A stretch of DNA of 64,000 nt. Origin: Antedon mediterranea (taxonomy: Eukaryota > Animalia > Echinodermata). The notes under the pieces were generated by a model. That model saw only the letters and a program-made list of their open reading frames with translations, was not told where the DNA came from and did no database searches. A program made the translations under genes and the position numbers. This document shows, piece after piece, positions 1-13,938 of this stretch (positions are counted from its first letter, which is position 1; every line of letters begins with the position of its first letter). The stretch covers positions 12,524,001 to 12,588,000 of the forward strand of contig NC_092672.1 in NCBI RefSeq assembly GCF_964355755.1, given 5' to 3'.

Positions 1-992
1 CCAACATAATTTATATTGATTGCGTGTGAAATATTGGAGCTATAGAGAGTGTAACCTATTATCTCATAGAATTGTGTCGTTCAATAAGCCTCGCCTTTGT
101 AAATTTTGAAATAAAAAATATTGTTGACCTGTTGAGCATGCCATGTTGCCAAATCCATTTATAGGCCTACATAATAAGTTTTACATCATTCACCCAAATC
201 GCTCATTTTGTTGCACTTTTCTATGTTGAAAATCATAACATTGTTTAATGATTTGTTCATAATCTATTTGGCTTACTCTCAGCCACTAACGAATTCAATT
301 AATGATACTTTGAGTTTGGATAGGGAATTCTCGATATTCTCCACTCACTGCATCACTTGGTGCAAAACTTTCTATTCCTAAAAGATATTTTTATTCTAAA
401 ATCAAAATATAATCCAAGTGGTATGAAGACATTGTTCATCTGCTGGAAAACTACAAGTCAGTCGATGCTACAAACCACAAGGAAATTCATTATATCTCAG
501 ATGGTAGTGAAGTAGTATGTGGTCAATGCACGTATTTAAGATTGATGACTCATGATAATATTCCTTCTATTTCTCTACTATTAGCTAACGCCAAAGTTAC
601 CCCAGCTAAAAAAAACAAGGTATCAAGTGTATGTAGCTAACCGGGTACAACAAATCAACGATGCAACTTCCATAGAAAACATCTTCTAATCCGAGTGATA
701 TAGTCAGTAGAGCCGTGCGTGCTGACAGTAAGCAATCACATACCGGATGGGTGAGTAGTTCAACACTTCTTCACCAGGTACAAAACAAAGGCGGTTGGCC
801 GAAATCGATGACGAATTGCGTATAAGGTAGTTGCTTCAGAACTAAAATATATTCGCTCATTCCACACTAATGTTGACAAAGTTGCTTCAGAATGGGTTTA
901 TAACAGACAGATAAAATGAACTATAAATCACATTAAATGTATTGAATGTTCATTCCCCTTAAAGGAACCAACACGTAGTAAGGCATATTTTT

Positions 993-1591
993 CACGCTGC
1001 TGCTCTAGCCCGCTACTACGTCACACGAGATGACTCATTAATTAGATGAAATCAAGCAGCAGTTATAGTACTACACTTTGACATTTTTGTTAAAATGGAA
1101 ACTCCACTATAATTTATAGGTAGCAGCTGCATTTCTGGTATTTATGAGTCCCATGACAATACTGTATTTCACTGTCAGATCATTGAATTATTATCAAAAC
1201 AGTCCATGAAAGTTTTTGTTTGTAATATGATACTTCACACTTGAAGTATCTAAGGCCTGATGAAGTGACCCCCAGACTTGACCTTAGCAATAAAATAAAC
1301 TAAATTGAGTCTGTTTCATATCAAAGTTATTCACTTCTGTAACAAAATTCACATTATAGAAAGAGAAAAGAAACGTTTAATTATAACTAAAAAACCACAT
1401 TGTCTGACACTGACAGACAATTGAAGTATTTGGTAATTACATTTTTTCAGGTAAAATAACTATTATGTGACAATAAAATGACACATTCAAAAACAAATTT
1501 GAAATAAAAAAATATTTTTCAGAGGGACAATATATCTTTAAAACTGTTACTCAATAAGCGAGGAGCGTTTTTTGTAAGAAATATTTCTTGT
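993..1591. mobile_element. ~600-bp insertion into a T-run, possibly Helentron-type non-autonomous element
   Basis: Absent from the paralog at 60233-60250 (aggcatattttttagatatgcc). No TSD. Ends in the palindrome aagaaatatttctt-gtt. Confidence 0.4.
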
Positions 1592-1620
1592 TTAGATATG
1601 CCTATCAATGGTAAACTTAA

Positions 1621-3230
1621 AGGGGGGTTCCGGGTTTAAAATGAATAGTAAAAAATGTAAAATATATTTGTTTGTCTCTTGAACGGTAAAAGTTTCAATT
1701 TATATAAGCGCCCAGTGAAGCAGAACGAAGGCTGTGAAATGAGGCCAGATTACAAGTGCAGCTACGGCAAAATCACACTGTGGTTACAGAATAGGAAATT
1801 CGTGAAATGGTCAATCTTCCGACGACTCGTTATCATTAACCATATCAATTACTTGTAAAATTATACTTATCTGATGTAATTTTAGTCGGTCTTCCCATTT
1901 ATAAAGTCAATTTTCTATGAAAATCCATCAAAACAGTGAAAAATTAGATAAGTTTGCACTTTACGTTTGCCGATTTTCGCACTGACTTAGGGAAAGCCTT
2001 CAAAATCAATGAAGCGTAACGTATACATTCCTGCTGCTGAGAGCGAGGAGAGCGAGACGACGATACACGTGCTCTCTCTGCCATGCCTGGCATCGTCACG
2101 TGATAAGCAGATACAGTATACAATACCAAACTGGTCGGGTCGAGTATACCCCGTCTATAATCACAACATGAACGATGACGTACAGTATTTGATTGAAGGT
2201 CGACTCAACCTACCGGAATGGTATAGATAATATAGCTCGAATGAGAGAGAATATTTGTAAAAGTACAGCAGTATTGCTAATTTTAACAAGTGTAGCCTAT
2301 AATAGTAAAAGGCCTGGTAGTATCAATTCGCATAGGGTCTACTACACTAGCTAGCTCAATTTTTAACTGGGCCGGATCGGCTAGGTCTCCTTCCTACTAC
2401 CGGTCTACTTGCTTGATGCAGTATCCGCTTTTTTGGAGAGTAAACTAGGCCTACTTATTAGACGATCGGGACACCATACGTGCGGACGGCGATCGGACCT
2501 TGTTTTGCCTCAATATTTACAGCCGATTTTTGTAGAACGTTTTAGGTTTAGATTGTTTAGGAGTTTGGTTGATAGGATGGGTTTGGAATCGTGACTGAGT
2601 TTTGTTATTTATGGGCCAATCGTTTAGTAATAGGCTAGCTAGGCCCATGAATGATGGCCCCAATGTTTTAACGTAGCCATCGTAGCATGGAATCCCTAGT
2701 CAGAAATGGCTCTCACCCCGGCATGAATAAAATGATTTAGGCTAGGCCTAGCCTAGTACGTGAAGCCGATATACGATCTGTACTATTAATTCGAGGTATA
2801 AAAATAGTATAATTTATGACTCCGAATCTGTACTAAATTTTGTATTTCATTAAATGTCAAATAAATATATGCTACTACTGTTATTATTACACTTTAGACC
2901 TAGCTTAGCAAATCTACAAAAAATGTATTTCACAATGATCGGGTGCCATGGCCGTCGTTTGACAGAGGAGAGAGAACAACGTAAGCTTGACGTCGCGAGT
3001 TTGGAATCCACTGATGACGTGCTTTTGTGAATATCTCATGAATATTAATGAGCTTCCCTAAGCTGCTGAAAAACAGACTTTCCATGAGTTTACCCTAAAA
3101 TGTATATGAAATTTAATTTTTTTAATTTCTCGTTATTACTTCTTCATTCTGACATGTCTATATTGTTATAATATTTTTTATTTAATAAATAAACGATATT
3201 TAAAAGCAATTTTAAACCCAGAATCCCCCT
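1621..3230. mobile_element. Kolobok-like non-autonomous DNA transposon
   Basis: TTAA TSD (1617-1620, 3231-3234), TIRs aggggggttccgggtttaaaat / attttaaacccagaatccccct. Empty site ggtaaacttaacagtg in paralogs at ~46290 and ~60272. Confidence 0.8.
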
Positions 3231-3731
3231 TTAACAGTGATATAAGACAACAAAACACATACAATAATTTAATATGAAAAGATTGGTGTAACTATTGCAA
3301 GGAGCCATGTAACGGCAGTATGTGTAACTGAGTTAATGATTATGTAATTGTTGTTGAAGATAAAAACCATGTTAGCCTACGTATATTTGAAATCTCACTA
3401 GCTAGTGTAGTTAGTTGAGACGATTCTATCGTTAGATGTATTGCGATTTCTAAATGTATGTTATGTCTATACTATTATACAATAAATTACCTCCATTGTG
3501 GCATGATTACACGCATTCTGTCTTTCTATTACGTTTTATCTCAACTCAAAGAAGTGGCAAGTGAGACCGTAGTTATAGTATAGAGTAGATTGTTTGTTTG
3601 TTATTGGTTCTTAGTAATGTTGTCATACATTATATAAACGTTTTCGTGTTTTTCACCCTTGAGGTTACCGTAAACATGGTGATGATTTATATCATATTCA
3701 AATTCAAATAAATATAGTTTCTATACCTTAT

Positions 3732-4693
3732 TAGTCTGGGTTCCAGACGGAGTTTTGTCTTAATATTAGTAAAAAGATAAATATTTTGGCACATATGGCG
3801 TTTCATACGTATACTACTTGATTTTGGATACTCCGTCTGGGGAAACACGCACAAGTCACGTGGTTTGACACCAAGAATTCTTGGTGCATACGATTATCCG
3901 GTTGACTAGTTTCAGCTGCATGCGATTGGCTACTCACTCGTACACCGTTTTAATATTCATATTTCAGAATTTCAAAGACTCAACAACAAAGATGATGCGC
4001 ATGCGCTATGTTACGTTTAGACAACGTGTACTTGGGTACATTTATGAAAGTTTCTGAAGGCTAGACATTATTTTATATGCCTAGTAGTCTGGTAAACATT
4101 TGATGGGATTTTTCCCAAGAACATGAAAACTCGTGATATGATAGGCAAGCTTCTCCGCAAATCAAACATTGAATGGATCATTTATTACGCGGAGATAATT
4201 TTGATTTAATTCCCACCCAGACCCTGTCCTGTTCTGTGTGGTGGTGTAGCCCTGTTGTTGTGTGCCGCCGGTGGTGGTATGTAGGCCTACTTTATTGGCG
4301 TTTTATTTGGCAGGTCATACGTGCGAATTGAGTAGGACCTACGAAAGAGGCCTAGGCCAAGGACTAAACAATTAATAAACAAAACAACTTGGCATTACGA
4401 TTTTATATTTCAACAGTCTCGATCGTACATTCAGCACTGTACGTACTCGATCTTTTTCATTTTGAAACAAAATGATCATTGGTTGATTCGAAATCCATAT
4501 TTACATACCGCCCGCCCCATATAGCCAAATACGGTATGATAAACTACGTCATTCTTATCGGATGTTTGCGGTCTGCAAATCGATTTCTATACGTGTTTCA
4601 CAAGTCTGTATTTTCAGACAAAAATCGCGGTCGAAATAAAAACAAATAGGCCTAAATAAAAAAAAAAGATAATACAGACTTGGGGCATGTCTA
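3732..4693. mobile_element. Unclassified element with 9-bp TSD and short terminal hairpins
   Basis: TSD ataccttat at 3723-3731 and 4694-4702. Empty site tttctataccttatctacgg at ~49271-49290. Termini TAGTC.../...GTCTA. Confidence 0.7.
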
Positions 4694-4880
4694 ATACCTT
4701 ATCTACGGAGTTCACAAGATGTGGATATGTTTTACATATTTCTTCAATTTCTTCCAAATATCCATATCCTACAGTTCTTAGCAATACGTTTCTGGAAATA
4801 AAGAAGATAAAAATGAATCATGGCAAGAATACTCGGTCGATGATGTTAATATGTTTGCTTGTCATGTTTCTAAACAATAA

Positions 4881-6168
4881 TCTATATATAAATTTACGTA
4901 AGGGCAAAATTCGGTAAATCGCGCTTTACTTCTAGAATTTTTACTCGATGGAATATAAAGTTGGTTCGTACTTTCGGTACTGATTTTAACCACCTGATGT
5001 AACCCTGTTTACTAATTAAATGGAGTTAGATAATTAGTTATTGACGATTAAAACGAATTTAGGTTCAACGATTTGCCCCGAATAGGGGTGTTTTCTGATC
5101 GTGGTATACACTGTCTAATGGATGTCCAACTTGAAAAATACCCGCACACAATAATACGAGGACGCTTCGCATTTTCCTATCTCCTTCTACGATAATTGTC
5201 TTTAATAGCTGAAAACCGGTTGAACTGCTCGAGTATAGCATCATAATGTTGAAGACAGGCCGATTTTCTTTAAAAAATACTATTTTGATAGATTTAATTT
5301 ACGTTTTTACAAATGTATTTATTTGCGATGAATGGAACATTCCAATCTCTCAGTCTGCCAGTTTGGTTTAACACAAGTAGGTAAATTTATGAGCCCTTGG
5401 AGAATAAACTTGCAATACTTTGACAATACAGTACTGCAAATACCTATGAACCATTTTTGGTCGTCATTTGAATCGAACATTACTGTGAATACTGTTAGAT
5501 GTAAAAAAATATATAGAAACATTTCTTACTGTGAATACTGTTAGATGTAAAAAATATATACAAATAAACTGTATTACTGTGATTATGGGTAGGCTCTACT
5601 GTTAGATATATAAACACGTAATATACAAATAAACTTTATTACTGACAGTTGCTTCTCAACGTTTGCATTAATTAATAATTACAAAAAATATTACATGTAC
5701 TTTACTATTTCAATTAGACAGTGACAGTTTTAACAACGTATTAAATCGCAAATGTTTTACTATATTTAGTCACCGTTAGTGGTATATTATTTATAGGCCT
5801 ATAAAAAAGGAAAACAATATTTCGTTACTAACGTGGATAAAAAATTGTTCCTCTTTGTACCTATCCTCTTTCCCATCCCTCAACCCTAATTGGGTTTCTT
5901 TAAATGAATAAACAATTTGGACTCATTTTGTGGTAAGTTTCTCTTTCGGAAGTAATTCCCAGGGTGCTAATTTTGGTTGACTACATAAATCATTTTGCCT
6001 ACTTATTTGTTTCTGTAAACGACAATGTATTATAGTCCTGCGGTACGTGCATTTGAAATCGCCAGATGTTTTACCCTGAAATTACTGTGTATTCGAGAAC
6101 CATCTGTGGGCACGACAGTAAATTGTATTTACTAGATGGTACGCTCGCTTCGCTCGCGTACCATCTAG
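4881..6168 (+). mobile_element. Non-autonomous Helitron, family A copy 1
   Basis: 5' a|TCtatatataaatttacg, 3' hairpin and CTAG|t, no TSD. Empty A|T site at ~49465. Confidence 0.85.
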
Positions 6169-7103
6169 TAAATACAATTTTCTTTGAACTATTTAACATA
6201 TTATACGTTTGTTGGGTATAAAATATAAAGCTTACTTTGCCATTTAAAAAATGCAGTCCCCCTCAGTTTGAAGATATAACTTATTCATCCATTGAAAGAA
6301 GTGCACTCTGTAGTTGCCAATCATTCAGTGGTTGCTGAAAAATGAAACATAAACTTTAAGCATAATGTATTTTTATTATTTTATTTTCTGTTCATTTTTC
6401 AATATTTCAATATTTTGCAATACTTGAAGTTCTTCTTCTAATATTTCATATTAAATTGAAAACTGAAGAGTAAACAAAAATGAAATACATTTGTATATTT
6501 TAGGCCTAATTGTCTTAGAAGAAATTACAAGAATTGAAATTTATTCGAGTAGGGCAACCATAAACGGCTTTGTTCTAATATTATATCATTTACAATTTTA
6601 GTATTTTTGTCAAAGCATTGTACCAATCATTTAATAAAAACATGTTAGGATTTATATACATTTTTCAAGTTTGTATTTTAACATAAATTATATAATTCTC
6701 GGTTGGAGCTAATACCAAAGGTAAGAAACATATCATCTCTTCTCGCCTTAAGTGAAGTAAGACACTGCCTTGGTCCTGCCAGACCCCAAAATAAAAGTTC
6801 GACTATAAACCCAATTACATTGTAATTAATTACAAATGACCTAAAGATCTATACATATACACTGCTTTGGTTCTTCCGACAACCACACTCCAACAGATAG
6901 ACATCCCCTACAAATTGCTGATAGAATGATCTAGCACATTGTAAGGAATATAAAATAAGCTATTACAAACTATCTACTTTGCATAGTACTGCCTTAGTTC
7001 TATCATCCCCATGTGAATATAGGGTACAATATCTCATCTGAGCTATCTTTTGGTACCAGAATATAAATACCAATATTCCCGCAAGAAATAAAAACAAATT
7101 TAA

Positions 7104-8346
7104 TCTATATATAAATTTACGTAAGGGCAAAATTCGGTAAATCGCGCCTTACTTCTAGAATTTTTACTCGATGGTATATAAAGTTGGTTCGTACTTTCGG
7201 TACTGATTTTAACCACCTGATATAACCCTGTTTAATAATTAAAATTAAGTTAGATAATTAGTTATTGATAATTAAAACGAATTTAGGTTCAACGATTTGC
7301 CCCAAATAGGGGTGTTTTCCGACCGTGGTATACACTGTCTAATGCATGTCCATCGTGAAAAATACCCGCATACAATAATACGAGGATGCTTCGCATTTTC
7401 CTATCTCCTCCTACGATAACTGTTTTTAATGGCTGAAAACCGGTTGAACAGCTCGAGTACAGCATCATAATGTTGAAGACAGGCCGATTTTCTTAAAAAA
7501 ATACTATTTTGATACATTTAATATACGTTTATACAAATGTATTGATTTGCAATGAATGGAACATTCCAAATTATTTGGTTTAACCATAGAGGTATAGATT
7601 TAGATTCATGGGCCCCCTTGGAGAATAAACATAAATAGTATTGCAATGCTGTACAATACTGTTAAGGTATTAACCACTTTTGATCGCAATTTGAATCGCA
7701 AATTTCTTACTGTGAGTGTTGGTACTGTTAGATATAATATAAACAAATATACAAATAAACTTTATTACTGTGAGTGTGGGTAGGCCCTACTGTTAGATTA
7801 TAAACATATAATATACAAATAAATAAACGTTATTACTGACAGTTGCGCTTCTCAACGTTTGTATTAATTAATAATTTAAAAATATATAAATGTACGTAGT
7901 ACGTATTAAATCGTAAATGTGTTACTGTATTTAGTGGTATATTATTATAGGCCTATAAAACATTAAAAACAATATTTCGTTACTGAGTGGATAAGAATAT
8001 ATTTTAAAATGTTTCCTCTTTGTACCTATCTTCTTCCCCCATCCCTCAACCCTTAATGTTACATACAAAACACAAATTGGGTTTGTTTAAATGAGTCCAA
8101 ATAAAAAAATTTGACTCATTTTGTTTCTCTCTCTCTCTAGAAAGTAATTCCCAGGGTGCTAATTTTAGCTGACTACATAAATCATCGTGTATATTTATTC
8201 GTTTCTGTAAACGACAATGTATTATAGTCCTGCAGTACGTACATTTGAAATCTCCATTTTTTTCTCGCTGGAAAATACTGTGTATTCGAGAACCATCTGT
8301 GGGCACGACCTAGATGGTACGCGAGCGAAGCGAGCGTGCCATCTAG
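7104..8346 (+). mobile_element. Non-autonomous Helitron, family A copy 2
   Basis: 5' a|TC. 3' ctagatggtacgcgagcgaagcgagcgtgccatCTAG|t hairpin. Confidence 0.88.
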
Positions 8347-11300
8347 TTGTTTAAAGTTTATGTATATCAGTACATTAATCTATTTGCAAATTAGAGTCAT
8401 CAAAATTATCATAAACAAAAATAGATTAAAACCATTATAAAGGGAATCTTTAACAGTTTCTTTTAAAATATATAAGCTAATAATAAAATCTCACTTTTCA
8501 AAGTATGATGAGGTTGGAATCCACTATCTAACATATTTACTGACCAAACTCAATTTTACAGAAAATAACTTAAAAATAATAGTTGTGTTTAGGTACAGTA
8601 TATATATATTTATATTAAACCGATGGCAACCATAAAATCGGTGAGAGAAATATGGATTATTCTGTAAATTTACACGATTAGATGGTTACCTAAAAACAGT
8701 ATATTTTTACATTTAAAGTTTACTGTCCTAGTCATTGCTCCACTCAGACACAGAACTTGTATCATCTTTACTGTTTTCGGTCACAGATACATCTTCAAAA
8801 AGGTTGTCTGAATGCCTATTTAGGAAACCAGTCAGACATATAAGCGAAATAGAAAGCTGTATTTTACAGTATTGAAACAACTAGTATTTACTAGAACTTT
8901 ACTTTTTTATTTCTAAATAGTAAACAGTATACAAAATAATTATAAATAGTAGAAACTCACACACGTCACTGCATTATAGTAAATGTAGTGTACTATTCAT
9001 TATGTATTCATGTGCGAAATCCTAACATTGGAAGCCGGTGGCATAGGCAATACTGTATCTAATGTAGGCTCCATGGTTCCGGGGGTTTGTAATCGAAATT
9101 TAGCGGGGTCTTTGGTATTCCAATGTGCTAGATCCTATGGTTTCTGATGGTATCTACAATAGAATAGCTTAGTTGGGAGAAAGGGGGTCTCTATAGTCAA
9201 ATTTTAGAGCGTCTGGTACTTGCGGTGCCGTGGACAATTAGTCTGTTGTTACCCATTTAGTACTGTATGAACTCAACTTATTTATTTTAAATTAATTGTG
9301 AGTGGTATCTCACTCATATAAGCTGCCCATTCTTTAGGTCCTCCTTAGGAGATCTGGCGGGCTTATTGCAAGAGATGAAATATCTGTCGTTTGTGAATTT
9401 GGTATGAGAATGTCATAGCATATAGTGATGAGATTACAGTAGGTGGTGTCTAACTGGTACCGATTTGGGGTCCCATACGTCTATACGCAGCAGGGGGATA
9501 CCCGACAGGGCATAGGGAAATACGTAATAAAAAAAATAGATATACAAACAAAAAAGTTAATTGTCTACAATGTATTTGACAAATTTGCGCATAGCAAGAT
9601 ACGATACCTACCCAACCATGTAGCATAGCATTAGCAATAAAATAAATTTAGCGATTCAATATTTAATAACAATAGCAATTTTAAGCTATGGATACGAAAC
9701 TGCATTATGGAATATTTAGATTATTTTTTATACCAAAATAGTAATATTTGGAAATTTGATTTCGTATTATTTACATAATAAGTAGTGTTTACTTATTTAC
9801 TACATAACAAACTTGGTCGGAGATTTTTTGGCGGTTTTCCCCCTCTAAATCTCTTTTCTTTATCTCTCAAGTTATTCTGCATTTGAGCCTATTTTATTGG
9901 ATTGTCATAATCTTTTTCCATTGTATTTATTTTATTTAGTTTTATTATTGATGTTTTATTTGTTTTTGTAATTAGCTATCGTTCTAAACGGTAGTATCCT
10001 AAATGTATGCATAAATAAATCAAGAAATCGATGAGCACCATGTTGCAATAAGCAGAATTCGTTTCTTCTTCGACTTAATTTAATTCAATATTTGGATTCA
10101 ATTCTGTCGATATGTCATTGCCACAGTGACAATTATATTAAATGACTACATATCAACATCATGCCTGTATCTGTCATTCTATGTGGACGAATGTATCTAA
10201 CATTTATTTTCAAAGTTGTGAGAACATCTGTGGGTACTTAACAAAGTTATTTTTAATTTCGTAAACATTCCAAAACCTTTAGGGCAGCCTAAGAATTGGG
10301 CGATGATGTAGGCATAAATGTACCCCAATTTTTAATATGTTGCAAATCTATAGTAGATTTTAACTGTTTAGTGTAATTCATCATTACATTTTAAAAACAA
10401 ATAATTATAAATCATACATTTAACATTATAAGTAACTAAATTATTCAACCAACCGTACCAATTGCTATATTTAATGGACTACATCAGTTACAATCAATTA
10501 TATGTATTTTAGAAACAATTTAATAATTATAATTTAACTCTAAACTAAAACGAATATCCTGTGTGATAATTTAAAGGTCATCTACTGTAAAATTGAATAT
10601 AATATTGTGATTTATTTATCATTATAAAATTGTTTATAAAATATATTGATTTAGTGTTTTGAGAAATGTTTTCGTTTAACGAATCTGTAAAAATTACACG
10701 GTCCGCTAAGAGAAATTTTAGGCTTACCAATCTATAATAGAAAATGTAATTTTTATTTTTATGTCCGTTATCTGTTTATGAGAAGTTTCACCAATTAGGT
10801 CTACTTGTCTACTAAGTAATACATTGTTTTGCTCTATTTTGAATTTAGTAGGCCTATAACATTATGTTCAAAACAGGTGGAAATTCATTTAGTAATGTTC
10901 CAGTATATTTTATAAACAATTAAATTACGTTTATTCATTCTTTGAAAACGTAATATATAATGTATTGATGTGTTCGTCGTCTTCGCATCCTGTCTTTATC
11001 TTCTTACAAAGGAATGCAAAACAAAATGGCTAGCGTATTCCGAATTTAGGTCAACATTAAGACTTGTTATCGTACATTTACAATAGAGTGTGTAATCTTA
11101 CAGTAATCTCTCATGATTATATGTTTACGGTAATACAGTATTTCAATAAAATAAATACTTACAATTCATCTTATAAGTAAATATGATTATTCCTTAATTT
11201 AAATCTTTTATTTCTCCCGTGTTGCCGTGTATGTGTACGACTAGTACAATATCAATAACATTGTTTGTGACTAGATTGGTACAGAGAATACCGAGTCATT

Positions 11301-11431
11301 TGTTCTTGATCTGAAGTACAAGTCTAGTCTAGTAACGAAATGTGTACATGACCTTCAAACTCTAACTGTTCTTTACGCCCTAAAACACTCAATTACATCC
11401 GGGGTTTTAACGGCATTGCATTACCATTCGC

Positions 11432-11988
11432 TAACAGGTATTTTGTGCCAATACAAAAGGCAGCAAAACAAATAATATAGGTGAAATCTCAGTGAATCGA
11501 AACACACTATTACTGTGGAATATATTAATTTCAACTCAATGTGTTTAACAAATGACTAAGCTGATATTGTAAAGACCAACATATACAGGAAAAGAAACAC
11601 AACTGTTTTTATAGGTATATTGTTAAATAAGCACCGTTAAATTAAAAGTTTGATAAATTTTCTAAGAACATCTATGAAAAACAAGAGATATATAGCATTA
11701 CCATTCGCACTTTATAGAAACAGATCAGAGATCAGCTAACAGGTATTTTGTGCCAATACAAAATGCAGCAAAACAAATAATATAGGTTAAATCTCAGTGA
11801 ATCGAAACACACTATTACTGTGGAATATATTAATTCCAACTCAATGGGTTTAACAAATGACTAAGCTGATATTGTAAAGACCAACATATACAGGAAAAGA
11901 AACACAACTGTTTTTATAGGTATATTGTTAAATAAGCACCGTTAAATTAAATGTTTGATAAATTTTCTAAGAACATCTATGAAAAACA
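11432..11988. repeat. ~255-bp near-identical direct duplication (two copies)
   Basis: ctaacaggtattttgtgcc...ctatgaaaaacaa at ~11432-11683 and ~11736-11990. Confidence 0.85.
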
Positions 11989-12410
11989 AAACAATTATTG
12001 TGTGTCGGGCGTTAACGTACTATAATCGATTGTCATTATCGTTTTATGTGTCAAGTGGTTAAAATAAGAAATTGACATTTAGTTTAGGTTCAAGTTTAAT
12101 TTTAATTTTCAAGTAAAAAGCAATTGTTCTTCAAAATGATTCTTCATTTGTTTGAAATACATACCATATATTTTAAATATAATATAATAATAAATAGATA
12201 TGTGTATATTTATTGAACATAATTTCCAGACAAATTTTATTTAGTTAAAAAATTCTAAAATTTAATGAATAGTTGGCCATAAACCTACTGTTGTAGGTGT
12301 GAGTTATCGTAAAGTTAATCAATTACAATAACTACACTGTAGTCACGAGTCAGAGAAAAGATGTTAAATGGAAATGGTCCGTTAAATGGTTAAAGTTATT
12401 CTGCTCTACA

Positions 12411-13938
12411 ATGTATACATGTAGGAATTTACTAGTATTCATATGTCTCATTTTTAAAACGTGTGTTGCACTACAATTTCTTCTAGAACCAGTAGACAGA
12501 GATGCAGTGGAGGATGAAAACAATTATGAACCACTCAAACCGAAGAAGCAAAAACAAACAATTAACAGAACAAGCCTGGAAATACACCAGATTAATAGAA
12601 TACTTAATTAGTTACTCCATTTAACATAATTTAGTATTCACATATTAAATCCCTATTTCAACAAACATTGTTATGATAAATAGTGTATAACATTATAACG
12701 TAATATATCAGTGTACACTGTTACTATAATGAACACACTATTTGCAGCCGTGACATTACAATAAGGCACTATAAATGCCTTATTACAAAAGCCCACATGC
12801 AATAGGTAAATCCTCTTCGTAAGGATAATTATGATTAATTCAAAACTTTAATACAATTTACCAAATTATTAATTAATAATAATTTGTTTTCTCTTTTTTA
12901 TATTAAACAATTCCTAAACATTCGAAGCACATGATTAAAACTATATTCTAATGCTTTATAATTTTTTTAATTCTACTGTTGTAACTGGTTTATATACATG
13001 TATTTTATAAACTGATTTGAATTAATTAAATGGACTAATGGATTTATAAAGTTTGCTATAATTTAAATTCGAATACTAACATTTTTATCATTCTTGTAAC
13101 AATCAAACTATATGTTTCAGCCTATTATTAAATGTACTACGAAAAATTGTATGTACAGAACTAAGAGTAATTTCATTGGATAGCATAATATTATGATCTG
13201 TGGGTACAATCAACCTAACTAAGATGTTTCATGTTAAAAATTAATCCGTTAAGTAATTGAAATTGGGTAAAAAAGTCACACAATACAGATTATTTTGCCT
13301 AACACTTGAAGTGGTCCTCGGTTGTAACCCGTTATCGATTGTTTGTCGCCTCAAATAGTATCATGTGTTACATTTTGTGTTTTACTTACTGTTTCGTTAA
13401 CATTAACATTATTATGCCTATCATCGATCACTTTTTCTTAGTTTTAACATAGCATTTACATATGTCCTATAAATATGATGTTGACGTAGAATATTAATAC
13501 AGATGTTAATAATTGTGATGTTAATTATGAATTTGTATAACAGTGGCATTTCGATGCAATATTACTGGCAATAATGGACATAATGATGTTTTTTTTATTA
13601 AACAAATAAAAAAAATAAAAACATTATTAACAAATTCACAGGTAAATGTGTATAACAAAAACATTGTGTATAATTGGTGCTGTACACATGGTAAAAATTA
13701 TTGTGTGTGTATCACCTATTGTTTATAGAAGATGTATTTTAAAACAAACATTACACTTAAAATAATATAAAAAGATACACCTAAACGTAAAAATAATGTT
13801 ATGTTTGTTATTAAAATGTTATACTTACACCAAAAGGTGACAAGAATGAGGACAAAGAGAGCTCGATATCATCATGTGCATTCTTCTTTTTAAAATTACG
13901 GTCTGTTAACAATTTTGAATTACATTTCAACAGAAGAT
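12411..13938 (+). pseudogene. Possible fragmented secreted Ig-domain gene
   Basis: Signal-peptide-like MYTCRNLLVFICLIFKTCVA then LQFLLEPVDRDAVE (12411-12513), ITVAFRCNITGNNGHNDVF (~13535-13592), RARYHHV...LLTILNYISTED (~13858-13938, with an in-frame stop). These resemble Ig A, B and D/E strands separated by AT-rich insertions. Confidence 0.35.

Larger units (their letters stand above)
1..10522 (+). repeat. Segmental duplication, paralog of ~45307-53120
   Basis: Collinear blocks: 1-990~45307-46250, 3231-3700~46288-46520+48724-48955, 4700-4880~49283-49465, 6169-6365~49467-49663, 10290-10522~52887-53120. Confidence 0.9.
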
